In this document: piece by piece, positions 18,559-29,600 of the stretch | Layout: every line of letters starts with the position of its first letter | How positions within the stretch are numbered: the first letter of the stretch is position 1 | Assembly (NCBI GenBank): GCA_035998065.1 | Contig: DASYHX010000351.1 | Span: 1 to 53,912 of the forward strand | DNA: 53,912 nt | Direction of reading: 5' to 3' | Origin: Pseudorhizobium sp. | Lineage (GTDB): Bacteria > Pseudomonadota > Alphaproteobacteria > Rhizobiales > Rhizobiaceae | Notes under the pieces: model-generated | Databases searched by the model: none | What the model was told of the DNA's origin: nothing | Seen by the model: only the letters and a program-made list of their open reading frames with translations | Position numbers and translations under genes: made by a program

Positions 18559-19821
18559 TCAGTTCCCCTGTTCCGGTGCGGGCGCGGCCAGGCGCTCCAG
18601 CTGCGCACGGGCATTCTGGTAGGAGGCGAGAGCGTCGATGGCGGCGAGGCGGGTTTCGCTAAGCGTGCGCTCGGCATCGAGCAGGTCGAGTTGCCCGAAC
18701 TTGCCTTCACGATATCCGATGCGGGCGATGCGAGCGGCCTCCTGGGCAGCCTCGAGTGCGGGACCGGTTGCCGTCTGCGCAGTCACCGCGGCATTCGAGG
18801 CCGCGGTCTGCGCGTCGGTGATGGCCTGCTCGACATCGAGCGCCGTCATGCGCTTCTGTGCTTCGGCCTGATTGCGCTGCGCCTGCGCCTGCGCCACGGA
18901 TGCCTTCCCCGAGTTGAAGATCGGGATGGGCATGGTGACAGTGAAGATCAGCGCCGTATCATTGGTGCCCGACAGTCTGCGCAGGCCGGGACCAGCCTCG
19001 AGGTTTGGAACACGCTGGGAGTTTGCAAGGCGCACATTCGCGTCGGCAATGGCGAGATCGGCGCCCGCCGCCGCAAGTGCCAGTGTGCCGGCTGCGCTCG
19101 GTGGCATTTCCGGCCCATAGCCGCGCGGAAGGCTTTCGAACCACGCCGTGTCGAGCGGGCCACCCATGGGCTGACCCACTCGCCTCTCCAGATTGGCGCG
19201 CGAAGCCTGCGCCAATCTGATGGTTCGAACCAGTTCGGCATCGGCATTGATCTTCGCGACGTTCGCGCGCTGCTCTTCGATCGGAGAGGCTCTACCGGCC
19301 TGGACCCTGACCCTTGCGGCATTGGCCGCGTCGCCTGCGATGCGAGACTGATCGCGAGCAGTTTGGACACGACGTTCCGCAGCCACGGCCTCTACATAGA
19401 GCTGCGTGACCTGCAGCCTGATGTCCGCCTCCGTAATTGCCGATACGAGTAGGGCCCGATCAGTCTGAGCATCAGCGACTGCGATTCGAGCAGAGCGCTT
19501 TCCTCCCAGCTCGATGGGAATGGCAACGCTGACGGTCGACTCTGCGTTTCTGACACCGCTGTAGGCACCGCTTCCCGCGATGTTCTCGACTTGCGTCTGA
19601 ATGGTGGGATTAGGTCGCAGACTGGCAACCCGGCGCCCTGCTTGGGCCGCTTCAACACCAGCCTGCGCCGCTTGGACTGCCGGTGCGCTGCCGCCGGCGG
19701 CGGCTACAGCCTGCTCGAGTGTGTACGGGGCTGCATCTGCCGTAAGCGCAGGCGCCTCCTGTGCCTGCGCCACGGCGACGCAGGACACGGCAGCCAGCAA
19801 GGCTGCAATGGATCGGAACAT
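18559..19821 (-). CDS. czcC: CzcC/TolC-family outer membrane factor
   Basis: Signal peptide; motifs PIELGGKRSAR and GYREGKFGQLDLLDAER. Confidence 0.92.
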   Translation of the reverse strand: MFRSIAALLAAVSCVAVAQAQEAPALTADAAPYTLEQAVAAAGGSAPAVQAAQAGVEAAQAGRRVASLRPNPTIQTQVENIAGSGAYSGVRNAESTVSVAIPIELGGKRSARIAVADAQTDRALLVSAITEADIRLQVTQLYVEAVAAERRVQTARDQSRIAGDAANAARVRVQAGRASPIEEQRANVAKINADAELVRTIRLAQASRANLERRVGQPMGGPLDTAWFESLPRGYGPEMPPSAAGTLALAAAGADLAIADANVRLANSQRVPNLEAGPGLRRLSGTNDTALIFTVTMPIPIFNSGKASVAQAQAQRNQAEAQKRMTALDVEQAITDAQTAASNAAVTAQTATGPALEAAQEAARIARIGYREGKFGQLDLLDAERTLSETRLAAIDALASYQNARAQLERLAAPAPEQGN

Positions 19822-19893
19822 GAAGATTTATCCTGAAACGAGTCACGGATGACCCACCGCGAGCTTCAGGCGCGAGGGTCCGCTATGGCTCGG

Positions 19894-20223
19894 TCAGGAA
19901 ATAGGCGGGCGCAGATCAGGCCCGATGGCCCAGCGCTTGGATGCTGCCGGAGCGGGAACGAACACAGGCGCATGTCGTGCGGAGCCTAGCAGATCGTCAC
20001 TCGCTGCAGCCGGGACAAATGCGGTTCCACCATGGCAGCTACCATGGTGGTGGGGCATTGCCTTGTCGGCATCACCTTGCGTCTGATCAGCGTCGCCATC
20101 GGTGTGCACATAGCCGGAACAGTCGATGGTCGGAGCGCTGGGAATTTCCTGGGCGTGCACCATCGCGGTCGTCAGCAACGAGACCGAAAGCAGGCACAGA
20201 AGGAAGATTCCTAAACGGCGCAT
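19894..20223 (-). CDS. Small secreted His/Cys-rich protein (CzcI-like)
   Basis: Signal peptide, HHHGSCHG and C-terminal RPPI; directly upstream of czcC. Confidence 0.75.
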   Translation of the reverse strand: MRRLGIFLLCLLSVSLLTTAMVHAQEIPSAPTIDCSGYVHTDGDADQTQGDADKAMPHHHGSCHGGTAFVPAAASDDLLGSARHAPVFVPAPAASKRWAIGPDLRPPIS

Positions 20224-20597
20224 GGATGCCCCCTAGTCGATCTGGGCGAGCGTGTCACGTCTAAAAGTAAAAACCCAAACCTTCCTAGATTGGTAAGGTT
20301 TTGTGAAAGTCTAAATTCGAGTGTTTATGCGGATATGTTGTATCATCCACGCACTTATTTCAATTTATTGAAGAAAAGTGCGGAAAGTAACAATCAAATT
20401 AGATATGAATAATGGGTTATTGTTAGGTAAAATATCAAAATAACTATGATGTCTTAAATGCCTTGTGGTCCGATGTGTCGGGCCCGTTCGGAGCAAAGCA
20501 GTTTGCAAATTCTGAAAAGAGACCCGCATCATAGCGATGCCGGCGGCCAGTTTATCTGCCACTCGGCGTCACGATGGCCAATTCAAGCCGAGCGCTG

Positions 20598-23585
20598 CTA
20601 CTCCTCTCCAAAGGCACGTTTGCGCTGGGCCACGCCCTGGCTCGCGCGCCTCTGCTCCCACGCCATGGATTGCTCAAGCTCCCGGCTGCGGCTTACAGCA
20701 TAGGCTTTGACGTGGGGGCGCGGGTCGTCCTTCCATCGGTCGATCCGCTGCTTGCGCTCGGCATAGGCCTGGACGTGCCCGAACTCGCCGGTCAGGACCC
20801 CAGTCGCCCCCAACACCCGCGAAACATTTTCCAGCAGGTTGGCGCCAGGTTCCAGACGATCGACCACTTCCATACAGACAGGATAGATACCCTCATCGCC
20901 CTCATAGGTCGTAAGCGTTTTGAGGATGAACTCCAGATCGGTGTTGCTGCCCTCGCGAGCGATCTCGATCAGCTTTTCCGATACGGCCGCTGACAGTTCG
21001 GGGAAGGCGTGCCTGAACAGGCGCCCGCCGCGGTACTCGTGCCAGTCAGAGTTTTCCGCATGCCAGTCGCGGATCGCGGGGATCAACAGGTCCACATGGG
21101 GAGAAAGGACTTCGGGCAGGTCGTGGGCGTCGAACGGAACAGCGTCGAAGCGCCGTCGGTTTGTCTGCCTCCCGTGCCGAATTCGTGTGCCGAAGAAATC
21201 GATCACCTGGTCCGGAAAGTTCGGCGCGATGGCTGCCAGAAGGCGAACGTCCCGATGACCCACGCCCTCGATTGAAACGAACGAGGCGAGAAAGCGCTCT
21301 GCCTCGCCCGCGCTCAGCGCTTGAACAATCTTGGCATTTCCCGGCGTCCACAACTGCTTGATCCAGGACGGCTTAGTCCGCGCGGTGAAGAAATCGACGG
21401 CCGGCATCAGCCCGCGCTCGATTAGAAGCTGATCGGCCTCGCGATCATACCAGACGGCGGCCGTCGTTGCCCCGGCGATGATCGACTGTTCATCTTCATC
21501 TGCGACAGCGCGCGCAACATAGGCCGCAAGCCGCTCGGGATCGGGCGCGGCCCGCAGCCGCAGATAGTCGCCAATCCCTGGTAACTGCGCGCCCGTCTCA
21601 AGCCAGGCGTCGAGGTGCCTATCGACCGCATCATTCCGACCCGCCTCGTCAAGCCCGACAAGAAGCTGGGCAAGAAAAGCCGTTCCGGTCGCCTCGATCC
21701 CATCAAGCATCAAAATGGCAACGTCCGGCTTCTCGCGTGCGAGCTTATGCATGCAGTTACGCAAGGGCGTCAGATGCCCGCCGTCCGATCCTACCGCTTC
21801 GATAAACCGGTACAGGGTCGTCATCCAATCGGCCACAGCCTGCGGGGTAATCTCCTCGACGATCACGGCATAGCGCTCGGCGCGCCATGCATCGGTCGCC
21901 TGATAGTCGAAGTGGTCGCCATCCCAGGCTGCGGGACGCACCGTATCATGGCCGATGAGGGTCTTATACAGAAAGAACTCAGCGTCTGCGTTCAACAGAT
22001 CCCGCAGCGACAGCAATGCATCCACCGCAGCCTTCTGGGCTGCGACCAAGTCTGGCATTTCGGCCAGATCTGGTCGCAGCACGTGATAGCGATAATGGGT
22101 GTGGAGCGCATCGACCTCGCACCAGCGCCGCAGCTCCAGGCCCCATGCTGCGGATCGGGCAGTCATGATACTGCAGACCCGCGAGGTGTCGTCCAAAAGG
22201 ATTTTCGCTAGACCAGCATCGAAGTTGCCGTACGCTGGCGCCGCGCAGGCTTCTCGCAGCCCACAGAGAATTTTCAATCGGTCCTTATCCTGGGTGCTCT
22301 CGTCAAGCCATTTTTCAAGCCAATCGATCACGCTGGTGCGCAGGTCGCGGACATGATCACTGGCAGGCACCACGCCCTGGTGAAAAATGACGGCGTCGGA
22401 TTTCCGGCTTGTGCCCCCAAGATCGGGTGAGAGGACTTCCTTGAGCATCGCAACCAGTAAAGGACGGGATGCTTGCGTTTCGTCCGCCGTCAGGGAAGCG
22501 ACGCCGTCCAGAACGACCTGTTGCGCTGCCGCGCCGAACCTCTCCCAGATCGCGAGATCATGTTTTGTCAGCTTCTCGCCGAGCTCGATCCAGAGGTGGC
22601 GCTCCTCCTCGCTCGAAGCTCCCATGTACAGGCGTATCAATGCCTGGAACGTCCGCTCTGCATCGCAATGGCGGTATGCGCTGATCAGGTCCTTGACCCG
22701 GCGGGCAACCTGAATGCTCGTATTCCCGGGCAGCGCACCGAACGAAGTTTCAATGGGAACTACCGGGAAATCGCGCGAGCGTTCGACCGCTGTGATCAGT
22801 GCCTCGAACATTTCGAGGAAATGCGCTGCCGGATCGTCATAATGGGGCAGGACCAGGTCGGCATAGGTCTCGAGGGCATCTTCGAGAGCGTTGTTATCTT
22901 GAGGCGCGACGATCGTTGCGGTCACAGCGTCGACGGCGCCATCCGCCTGAACCAGGCGCCGAAAATCACCGGCGATCTTGTCGAAGTCGTGGCCGGCGGG
23001 CACGAGGTGCGCTTGCATCACGCGGTTCATCCGTTCGCCAATATCGGCCATACGCGCGGCGCCGAGATGTTTGAGGTTGGGCTCCTTGTAAATTGTGTCA
23101 TGCCCCATCTCCGCCCAGGCATGGTTGAGCAGCGTCTGGATCTGGATTTCAGCGCGCAGCCCCGCGAATGCGCGATATTCGGGCAGGGCCAGGCGTTCGG
23201 GCTTAAGACAGACGAGGTAATTGGTACTGTCGAAGAGCTTGGTCTCTGTATCCGTGCCCGGCACGGGATGGTGGACGTTAACGTCGAGGACCTCGAAGTT
23301 TTCGTGCAGCGCCCCTGTATGGTTGAACGCCTCGACCTGCGAATTGGTCAGGAACACGACCCGACATCCGGCCAGATCCTTGAGCCTCTCGTCAATCGCA
23401 TCGGCCGGGTCGATGCCGCGGTTCTTGAGCTTCTTGGCGAGTGACCCCACCTCTTTCGCACGACCGGTAATGGTGTGAGCCATCAAGCCGTGTTGTATAA
23501 GCATGTGTTGAAGAATATTCTGGATTGCATCGACAAGCGCCAGATAGCGGGTACGACCGTCCTGCTGATATTCCTCGAAAGTCAT
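20598..23585 (-). CDS. RelA/SpoT-type synthetase domain fused to a ~750-aa unknown domain
   Basis: RAKEVGSLAKK (Syn1), DLAGCR (Syn2) and EIQIQTLLNHAWAEMGHDTIYK (Syn4 region). No HD, TGS or ACT domain seen. Confidence 0.88.
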   Translation of the reverse strand: MTFEEYQQDGRTRYLALVDAIQNILQHMLIQHGLMAHTITGRAKEVGSLAKKLKNRGIDPADAIDERLKDLAGCRVVFLTNSQVEAFNHTGALHENFEVLDVNVHHPVPGTDTETKLFDSTNYLVCLKPERLALPEYRAFAGLRAEIQIQTLLNHAWAEMGHDTIYKEPNLKHLGAARMADIGERMNRVMQAHLVPAGHDFDKIAGDFRRLVQADGAVDAVTATIVAPQDNNALEDALETYADLVLPHYDDPAAHFLEMFEALITAVERSRDFPVVPIETSFGALPGNTSIQVARRVKDLISAYRHCDAERTFQALIRLYMGASSEEERHLWIELGEKLTKHDLAIWERFGAAAQQVVLDGVASLTADETQASRPLLVAMLKEVLSPDLGGTSRKSDAVIFHQGVVPASDHVRDLRTSVIDWLEKWLDESTQDKDRLKILCGLREACAAPAYGNFDAGLAKILLDDTSRVCSIMTARSAAWGLELRRWCEVDALHTHYRYHVLRPDLAEMPDLVAAQKAAVDALLSLRDLLNADAEFFLYKTLIGHDTVRPAAWDGDHFDYQATDAWRAERYAVIVEEITPQAVADWMTTLYRFIEAVGSDGGHLTPLRNCMHKLAREKPDVAILMLDGIEATGTAFLAQLLVGLDEAGRNDAVDRHLDAWLETGAQLPGIGDYLRLRAAPDPERLAAYVARAVADEDEQSIIAGATTAAVWYDREADQLLIERGLMPAVDFFTARTKPSWIKQLWTPGNAKIVQALSAGEAERFLASFVSIEGVGHRDVRLLAAIAPNFPDQVIDFFGTRIRHGRQTNRRRFDAVPFDAHDLPEVLSPHVDLLIPAIRDWHAENSDWHEYRGGRLFRHAFPELSAAVSEKLIEIAREGSNTDLEFILKTLTTYEGDEGIYPVCMEVVDRLEPGANLLENVSRVLGATGVLTGEFGHVQAYAERKQRIDRWKDDPRPHVKAYAVSRSRELEQSMAWEQRRASQGVAQRKRAFGEE

Positions 23586-23749
23586 GAAAACCCCAAATTC
23601 ATTCGATCAGGCGTGCCCTGTGCGGTCCGCTCTGGACTATTAGCGATCTGTCGTTGCGCTGCCGAGTTCTAATCGCGCTTCCGCAGCAGAGCGCTGGACC
23701 TTCTCCTGTGGATATCAGACCCCCACCAGATTCAGCGCTTGCGACTCAT

Positions 23750-23764
23750 GTTCACACTATGTTC
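23750..23764 (+). promoter_or_regulatory. Alphaproteobacterial LexA (SOS) box
   Basis: GTTC-ACACTAT-GTTC, an exact GTTC-N7-GTTC, 9 bp before ATG 23774. Confidence 0.85.
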
Positions 23765-23773
23765 CATGGTGCG

Positions 23774-24154
23774 ATGGATGCCAATGACCCCGAGGAATTT
23801 TTGCCTGACGACATCATCGTCCCGGAGGGGCGCGATCGTCTTGGCCTTGCCCACCAGATGCGTGTTGATATTTCGATTGCCATCTCCCTCGCGCCTGCCT
23901 GGCTGAGGAGAGCGCTTGCCGATCGCAACCCTATCAAGGCCCGCGGCGCGCGCGTCGAGATGGTCGAGCGCATAGCGGTCGCGCTCGAACGCCGGTTCTT
24001 GCTGACGTGGTGCGGATCGGCCGATCAGGACGGGAACGCCCGGCCACCCGAAGCTGGCGGGCCGCTTTTCGGTAACCCGGATCAAGCTGATCCGCCGGTC
24101 GCAAACCTTCCAATCGCTGGAACCGAATCAATTGACTCCCGGAAAGCAGGATGA
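23774..24154 (+). CDS. Hypothetical LexA-regulated protein
   Basis: 126 aa from MDANDPEEF, downstream of the LexA box. The APAWLRRAL...ERIAVAL core resembles small sphingomonad SOS-linked proteins (possibly DUF6771; unverified). Confidence 0.6.
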   Translation: MDANDPEEFLPDDIIVPEGRDRLGLAHQMRVDISIAISLAPAWLRRALADRNPIKARGARVEMVERIAVALERRFLLTWCGSADQDGNARPPEAGGPLFGNPDQADPPVANLPIAGTESIDSRKAG

Positions 24155-24169
24155 GAACATATAGCGAAC
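24132..24169 (+). promoter_or_regulatory. imuA promoter with LexA box
   Basis: TTGACT at 24132-24137 and GAAC-ATATAGC-GAAC at 24155-24169. Confidence 0.9.
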
Positions 24170-24190
24170 AAACGAGTCCCCGTCTTTGCT

Positions 24191-24952
24191 ATGTCGATCG
24201 CGTCCAAATCTGAAAGGCTTCAAGCCCTCATGGCTGAAATCCAGGCAATTTCGCCTGTGCTTCGGCCTGAGGCGGAGTATCTGCCTTTTGCGGTCGCAGC
24301 CTTGGACGAGCGGCTCGCCGGGGGAGGGCTCGCATCGGCAGCCTTGCACGAGTTCGCCGGTCAGACTGCCAGTATGGGAGATGATGCGGCTGCGAGCCTG
24401 TTCGCGGCCGGCATAGCCTCGCGTGCTTCTACGGCGGATATCCTCTGGATCATGGCACGCCCCGATCTTTTTGCGCCTGGCCTTGCCAGCGCGGGAATCG
24501 CTGCCGATCGCCTCATTCAGGTCGAGGCGGGCAAGGACGAGGATGCGCTTGCGGTAATGGAAGAGGCGCTCCGGCATGGTGCGCTTGCCGCAGTGGTATG
24601 CGAGGTTACGCGGGTTGGCATGACGGCGACGCGGCGCCTCCAGCTTGCGGCGGAGGAGGGTGGCACGACCGCTCTGCTCCTGCGGCGGTGGCGCAAGGCA
24701 AGCGATGATCCCCTGTCCACGCCGTCTTCGGCCGTCACGCGCTGGCGGATCGGCTGTGCGCCTTCCTCTCCGCTCCCGGTTGCGGGTGTCGGGCGACCGC
24801 GCTGGCAGGTTTCGCTCATGCGGCAGCGTGGCGGTGATCCTTTTACCTGGTTGCTGGAGGGGTGTGATGCGCAGGGTCGCGTCGCTGTACCTGCCGAGCC
24901 TCGCCGTCGACCGGCTCCGCCGCGAAGAGGCGAGGCGCGGCAGGCAGCCTGA
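24191..24952 (+). CDS. imuA: ImuA (RecA-like mutagenesis accessory protein)
   Basis: Motifs LAGGGL...LHE, MEEALR, TATRRLQLAAE and TRWRI; first gene of the cassette. Confidence 0.93.
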   Translation: MSIASKSERLQALMAEIQAISPVLRPEAEYLPFAVAALDERLAGGGLASAALHEFAGQTASMGDDAAASLFAAGIASRASTADILWIMARPDLFAPGLASAGIAADRLIQVEAGKDEDALAVMEEALRHGALAAVVCEVTRVGMTATRRLQLAAEEGGTTALLLRRWRKASDDPLSTPSSAVTRWRIGCAPSSPLPVAGVGRPRWQVSLMRQRGGDPFTWLLEGCDAQGRVAVPAEPRRRPAPPRRGEARQAA

Positions 24953-26675
24953 ACGGAATTCCGGATCGCCATTGGCAGTCCCGCCGCTGGAAAACGACGA
25001 CGGGTCGTCCTGCTCCTGTCCGCGTGGGGGCGGGTGGAGGCCAGGTGCGCGTTGGGCGCAGTCGCAAGGTGCAGGCGCAGCGATGCAGATGCGCGCTCAG
25101 CAGATTGAAAGCCTCCCGGTCCATCAGCGTCCTAGCGCTCGCGAGCTTGGCCGGCGCTCAGAAGTTGCCGACAATCCGTTTCGCGCCATGTCCTCTCCTA
25201 CAAAGGCCAAGCCGGTTGCCAGCGGGGTAGAGCAGATGTTCCCGCCAATGGTGACGACCATTGCTCAGAAGCAGCGGATGATCCTTGCGGCTGTGGATGA
25301 TGCTGCAGCCGCTGCCGGTCTGCACCCTGGGATGGCGCTGACGCATGCCCGGGCCTTGATGCCGGATCTGGATGTTCGGGATGCAGATCCGCAAGGCGAT
25401 CGAGCGCTCCTGCACCGTTTGGCTTTGTTTGCCGTCCGACGCTGGACTCCGACGGCGCAGGTCGATGAACTGGATGGCTTGCTCATGGATATCAGCGGCG
25501 TGGCGCATCTGTTCGACGGAGAGCAGAAGATGGCGCGCCATATTCTTCGCTTTTGCCACCGAGCCGGCCTGTTTGGGCGGATCGCCATCGCCGATACGGT
25601 TGGTGCTGCCCATGCCCTTGCCCGCTTTGGAAAGGAGCGGATCTCGATCTGCCGCACGCATGAGGAACTAACTGCTCTGGGTTCGATGCCGATAGCGGCC
25701 CTCAGACTCGACGAGCGTCAGCGGGATGGCGCGCAGCGGCTGGGCATCGAACGGATCGGCGATCTGGTCGCGATGCCTCGTGCGCCTCTGAGCCGGCGCT
25801 TGGGTGGTAGCTTGCTCCGCCGGCTGGACCAGGCAACCGGACGGCTTGCAGAGCCGCTCGTTCCGGTCGTCCCTTTCGAGATGCCGGACGTTGTAAGGCG
25901 CTTTGCTGAGCCAATCGGCGCAGCCGAGACGATCGCCCGTGTCATCGCCGATCTGACGCAAGACCTTGCAAGACTCCTGCTGTCGCGAGGGCTGGGTGTC
26001 AGGATTCTGCGTCTCGTCTGTGAGCGGGTCGATCGCGCGGAACAGGCAGTGGTTGTCGGAACGGAGCGAGGTACGCGTGACATTGCCCATATGCTCCGCC
26101 TTTTGACGATGAAGATCGAGACGATCGACCCGGGCTTCGGCATCGACAGCATGCGGCTCATTGCCCTGCGATCCGAGCCGCTCGATCCGATTGCGCTGAC
26201 AGCCGATTTTGGTGAGAATGCGCCTGCAGACCTCGCTTCGCTGGTCGATCAGATCGTCACGCGCCTGGGGCAAGCCGCGATTTATCGACCAACGGCACTC
26301 GAGAGCGATGTTCCTGAGCGTAGCATCGGGCGGGTCTTCCCGCTGGAGGTAGCCAATTGCTGGTCCACGTTGTGGCCGAGACCTGCCAGGATGCTGCGGA
26401 GGCCTGAACGCATCGAAAATGTGCTGGCAGGGTTGCCCGATCACCCTCCCAAGCGATTCAAATGGCGCGGCGTCACCCATACGATCATCTGCGCCGATGG
26501 GCCTGAGCGTATCCGTGGGGAATGGTGGCGTCGACCCGCCGAAAGCCACGCCGTTCGAGATTATTTCCGGGTCGAGAACGAGCATGGCGAGCGGTTCTGG
26601 GTTTTCCGTCGAGGGGATGGCGAGCATGCCTGTTCGGGCGACCTTTCATGGCACATCCACGGGATCTTCGGATGA
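24867..26675 (+). CDS. imuB: ImuB, inactive Y-family polymerase
   Basis: Start [10 protein letters not shown] after GGAGG. Motifs [15 protein letters not shown] and [10 protein letters not shown]...RDYFRVE...W..HG.FG. Confidence 0.92.
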   Translation: MRRVASLYLPSLAVDRLRREEARRGRQPERNSGSPLAVPPLENDDGSSCSCPRGGGWRPGARWAQSQGAGAAMQMRAQQIESLPVHQRPSARELGRRSEVADNPFRAMSSPTKAKPVASGVEQMFPPMVTTIAQKQRMILAAVDDAAAAAGLHPGMALTHARALMPDLDVRDADPQGDRALLHRLALFAVRRWTPTAQVDELDGLLMDISGVAHLFDGEQKMARHILRFCHRAGLFGRIAIADTVGAAHALARFGKERISICRTHEELTALGSMPIAALRLDERQRDGAQRLGIERIGDLVAMPRAPLSRRLGGSLLRRLDQATGRLAEPLVPVVPFEMPDVVRRFAEPIGAAETIARVIADLTQDLARLLLSRGLGVRILRLVCERVDRAEQAVVVGTERGTRDIAHMLRLLTMKIETIDPGFGIDSMRLIALRSEPLDPIALTADFGENAPADLASLVDQIVTRLGQAAIYRPTALESDVPERSIGRVFPLEVANCWSTLWPRPARMLRRPERIENVLAGLPDHPPKRFKWRGVTHTIICADGPERIRGEWWRRPAESHAVRDYFRVENEHGERFWVFRRGDGEHACSGDLSWHIHGIFG

Positions 26676-29600
26676 GTGCGTCGGGCTATGTCGAGCTGCA
26701 GGTCGCCACGCATTTCTCTTTCCTGCGCGGCGTGTCGTCATGCGAGGAACTGTTTGGGCAGGCAGCTGTGCTGGGCCTGTCTGCTCTTGGCATCGTGGAT
26801 CGCAACTCGGTCGCCGGACTGGTGCGTGCCTGGGAAGCATCAAAGGAAACAGGTGTCAGGCTTATTCCCGGTACGCGGGTCGATCTCGCATGCGGGACCA
26901 GCCTTCTGCTCTATCCCACTGACCGTCTGGGCTGGACCCGGCTCTGCCGTCTACTGACTCTTGGGAAAGGCCGCGCTGGCAAGGGCCGCTGCGAGCTGCA
27001 TTGGGATGATCTGCCACCATGGTCGGAAGGGCTGATCGCCATCCTTTTGCCTGATCTACCTGATGAGACCAATGCGGCCGCCCTGCAACGCCTTGTCTCG
27101 ATCTTCGGCCAGCAGGGCTATCTGGGCCTGTCGCTAAGGCGGCGGCCGGATGATGCGCTGAGAATATACGAACTGGACGCACAGGGGCGGGAATTCGGCG
27201 TTCGGCGTGTCGCCCTTGGCGATGTCCTCTATCATAGCGTCGAGCGAGAGCTCTTGCAGGACGTCGTCACGGCGATCCGCCATCGAACGACCATCGACGC
27301 CATGGGTTTCAAGCGTGAGCGATACGCCGATCGACACCTAAAAACCGGCAGCGAAATGGAGCGGCGCTTCAGTCTTTATCCCGACGCCATTACCGCATCC
27401 CGTGATATCGCAGGCGCCTGCGCGTTCGATCTGGGCCAGCTTCAATATCAATATCCTCAGGAGGCAGTCGCAGGGGAAACCCCGCAGATGCTGCTCGAGC
27501 GGCTGACTGCGGCTGCGGCAGCCCGCATGTTCCCCCGAGGCGTGCCGAAGGCCTATTGCGATCAGCTGGCACACGAGCTCACGCTGATCGATCAGCTGAG
27601 CTATGCGCCCTACTTCCTGACGGTAAACAGCATCGTTGCCGAGGCGCGCCGGCGGAAGATCCTTTGCCAGGGACGGGGCTCGGCAGCGAACAGCTGCGTT
27701 TGCTTCGTGCTTGGGATCACCTCGATTGATCCGATCAAGCATGAGCTGCTTTTCGAGCGGTTTGTTTCGGGCGAGCGCAAAGAGCCGCCCGATATCGATG
27801 TCGATTTTGAACATGAGCGCCGTGAAGAGATCATTCAATGGATCTATGAAACCTACGGCCGGACCCGTGCCGCCCTGACGGCCGTGGTGACCCGATATCG
27901 GGCGCGCGGCGCATTGCGCGATGTCGGCAAGGCATTGGGGCTTCCCGCCGACATGACAGGGGCGCTCTCGGGTTTGATCTGGGGCTGGTCTATCGAGGGT
28001 GTAAGCGACGAACAGGCACGTGAACTTAATCTCGACACCAGCGATCCACGCCTTTCGATGACCCTCTCGCTGGCGCGCGAGCTTATTGGTGCGCCGCGGC
28101 ACCTCTCACAGCATCCCGGCGGCTTCGTCCTCACCTCCGACCGGCTGGACGAACTGGTCCCCATTGAGCCGGCGGCCATGGACGACCGCCAGGTGATAGA
28201 ATGGGATAAGGACGACATCGATGCGATGAAGTTCATGAAGGTCGACATTCTTGGACTGGGCATGCTGGGCTGCATGCGCCGGGCCTTTGCCTTGCTCGAG
28301 GAACATCGCGGAGTAGCGATGACAATGGCGTCGCCGACGCTCCAGCACGATGATCCGGCTGTCTACGCGATGATCCAGCGTGCTGACACGCTGGGCGTTT
28401 TCCAGATCGAGAGCAGGGCGCAAATGTCGATGCTGCCGCGGATCAAGCCTGTGAAATTCTATGATCTGGTGATCGAAGTGGCGATTGTCCGGCCGGGACC
28501 GATCCAGGGCGATATGGTTCATCCCTATCTGCGTCGGCGCGAGGGGACGGAAAAGGCTGAGTATCCGCGTCCCGAACTTCGGGCCGTCCTGGAAAAGACG
28601 CTGGGCGTGCCCCTTTTTCAGGAGCAAGCGATGAAAGTCGCGATAGTCGGTGCGGGTTTCACACCGGCTGAGGCCGATCAACTGCGCCGGGCCATGGCTA
28701 CTTTCAAATTCACCGGCGGCGTCAGCCATTTTTACGACAAGCTCGTCGAAGGCATGGTGGGGAGGGGCTATCCGCGAGATTTCGCTGAACGCACTTTCAA
28801 GCAAATTGAGGGCTTTGGATCCTATGGCTTCCCAGAGAGCCATGCGGCAAGTTTTGCGAAGATCGCCTACGCCTCGAGTTGGATGAAATGCCATCATCCC
28901 GATGTCTTTTGCGCCGCACTCCTGAATGCGCAGCCGATGGGGTTCTATGCGCCGGCGCAGATTGTCCGTGACGCGCGCGCGCATGGCGTCGAAATCCGCC
29001 CGCCCTGCGTGAACGCCAGTCGTTGGGACTGCACTCTCGAGCAGGGCAGGGGACGGTTTCTGGCGGTGCGGCTTGGATTGCGAATGGCCCGCGGTCTGTC
29101 CAACCTTCATGGCGCGATGATCGTGTCGGCCCGTGGCGAGGAGCCTTTCAAGAGCGTCGAAGCCGTATGGCGGCGGGCAGGCGTACCGCCGGTGGCGATA
29201 GAGCGGCTAGCGGAAGCAGACGCCTTTCATAGTCTCGCGCATGATCGTCGTCAGGCACTCTGGCAGGTCAAGGGTTTGGGTGATGCTCCACTCCCGTTGT
29301 TTGCGGCAGCCGACGCACGTGAGGGTGCGATCAGCCCGGAAAGCCAGGAGCCTATGGTGACGCTCGAACCGCTCAGCGAGGGGCGCGAGGTGGTCGAGGA
29401 CTACCGGACCATTCAACTTTCGCTAAGGGCGCACCCTGTCCAGTTCTTGCGCGAGGAGCTGCGCCGCCGCGGCGTCAAGGCTGCCGCCGATCTCGATCAG
29501 GTCAAGGATGGCCGGCATGTGGAAGTGGCAGGCATCATCCTGGTCCGTCAGAAGCCCGGCTCGGCAAAAGGCGTGCTTTTCATTACAATCGAGGATGAGA

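Noticed and set aside
24645-26671. Extended ORF-track starts for imuB (24645) and dnaE2 (26522); likewise ALDH (9042) and the MFP (35203)
   Set aside because: Downstream starts have an RBS or stop/start overlaps and match the family N-termini.
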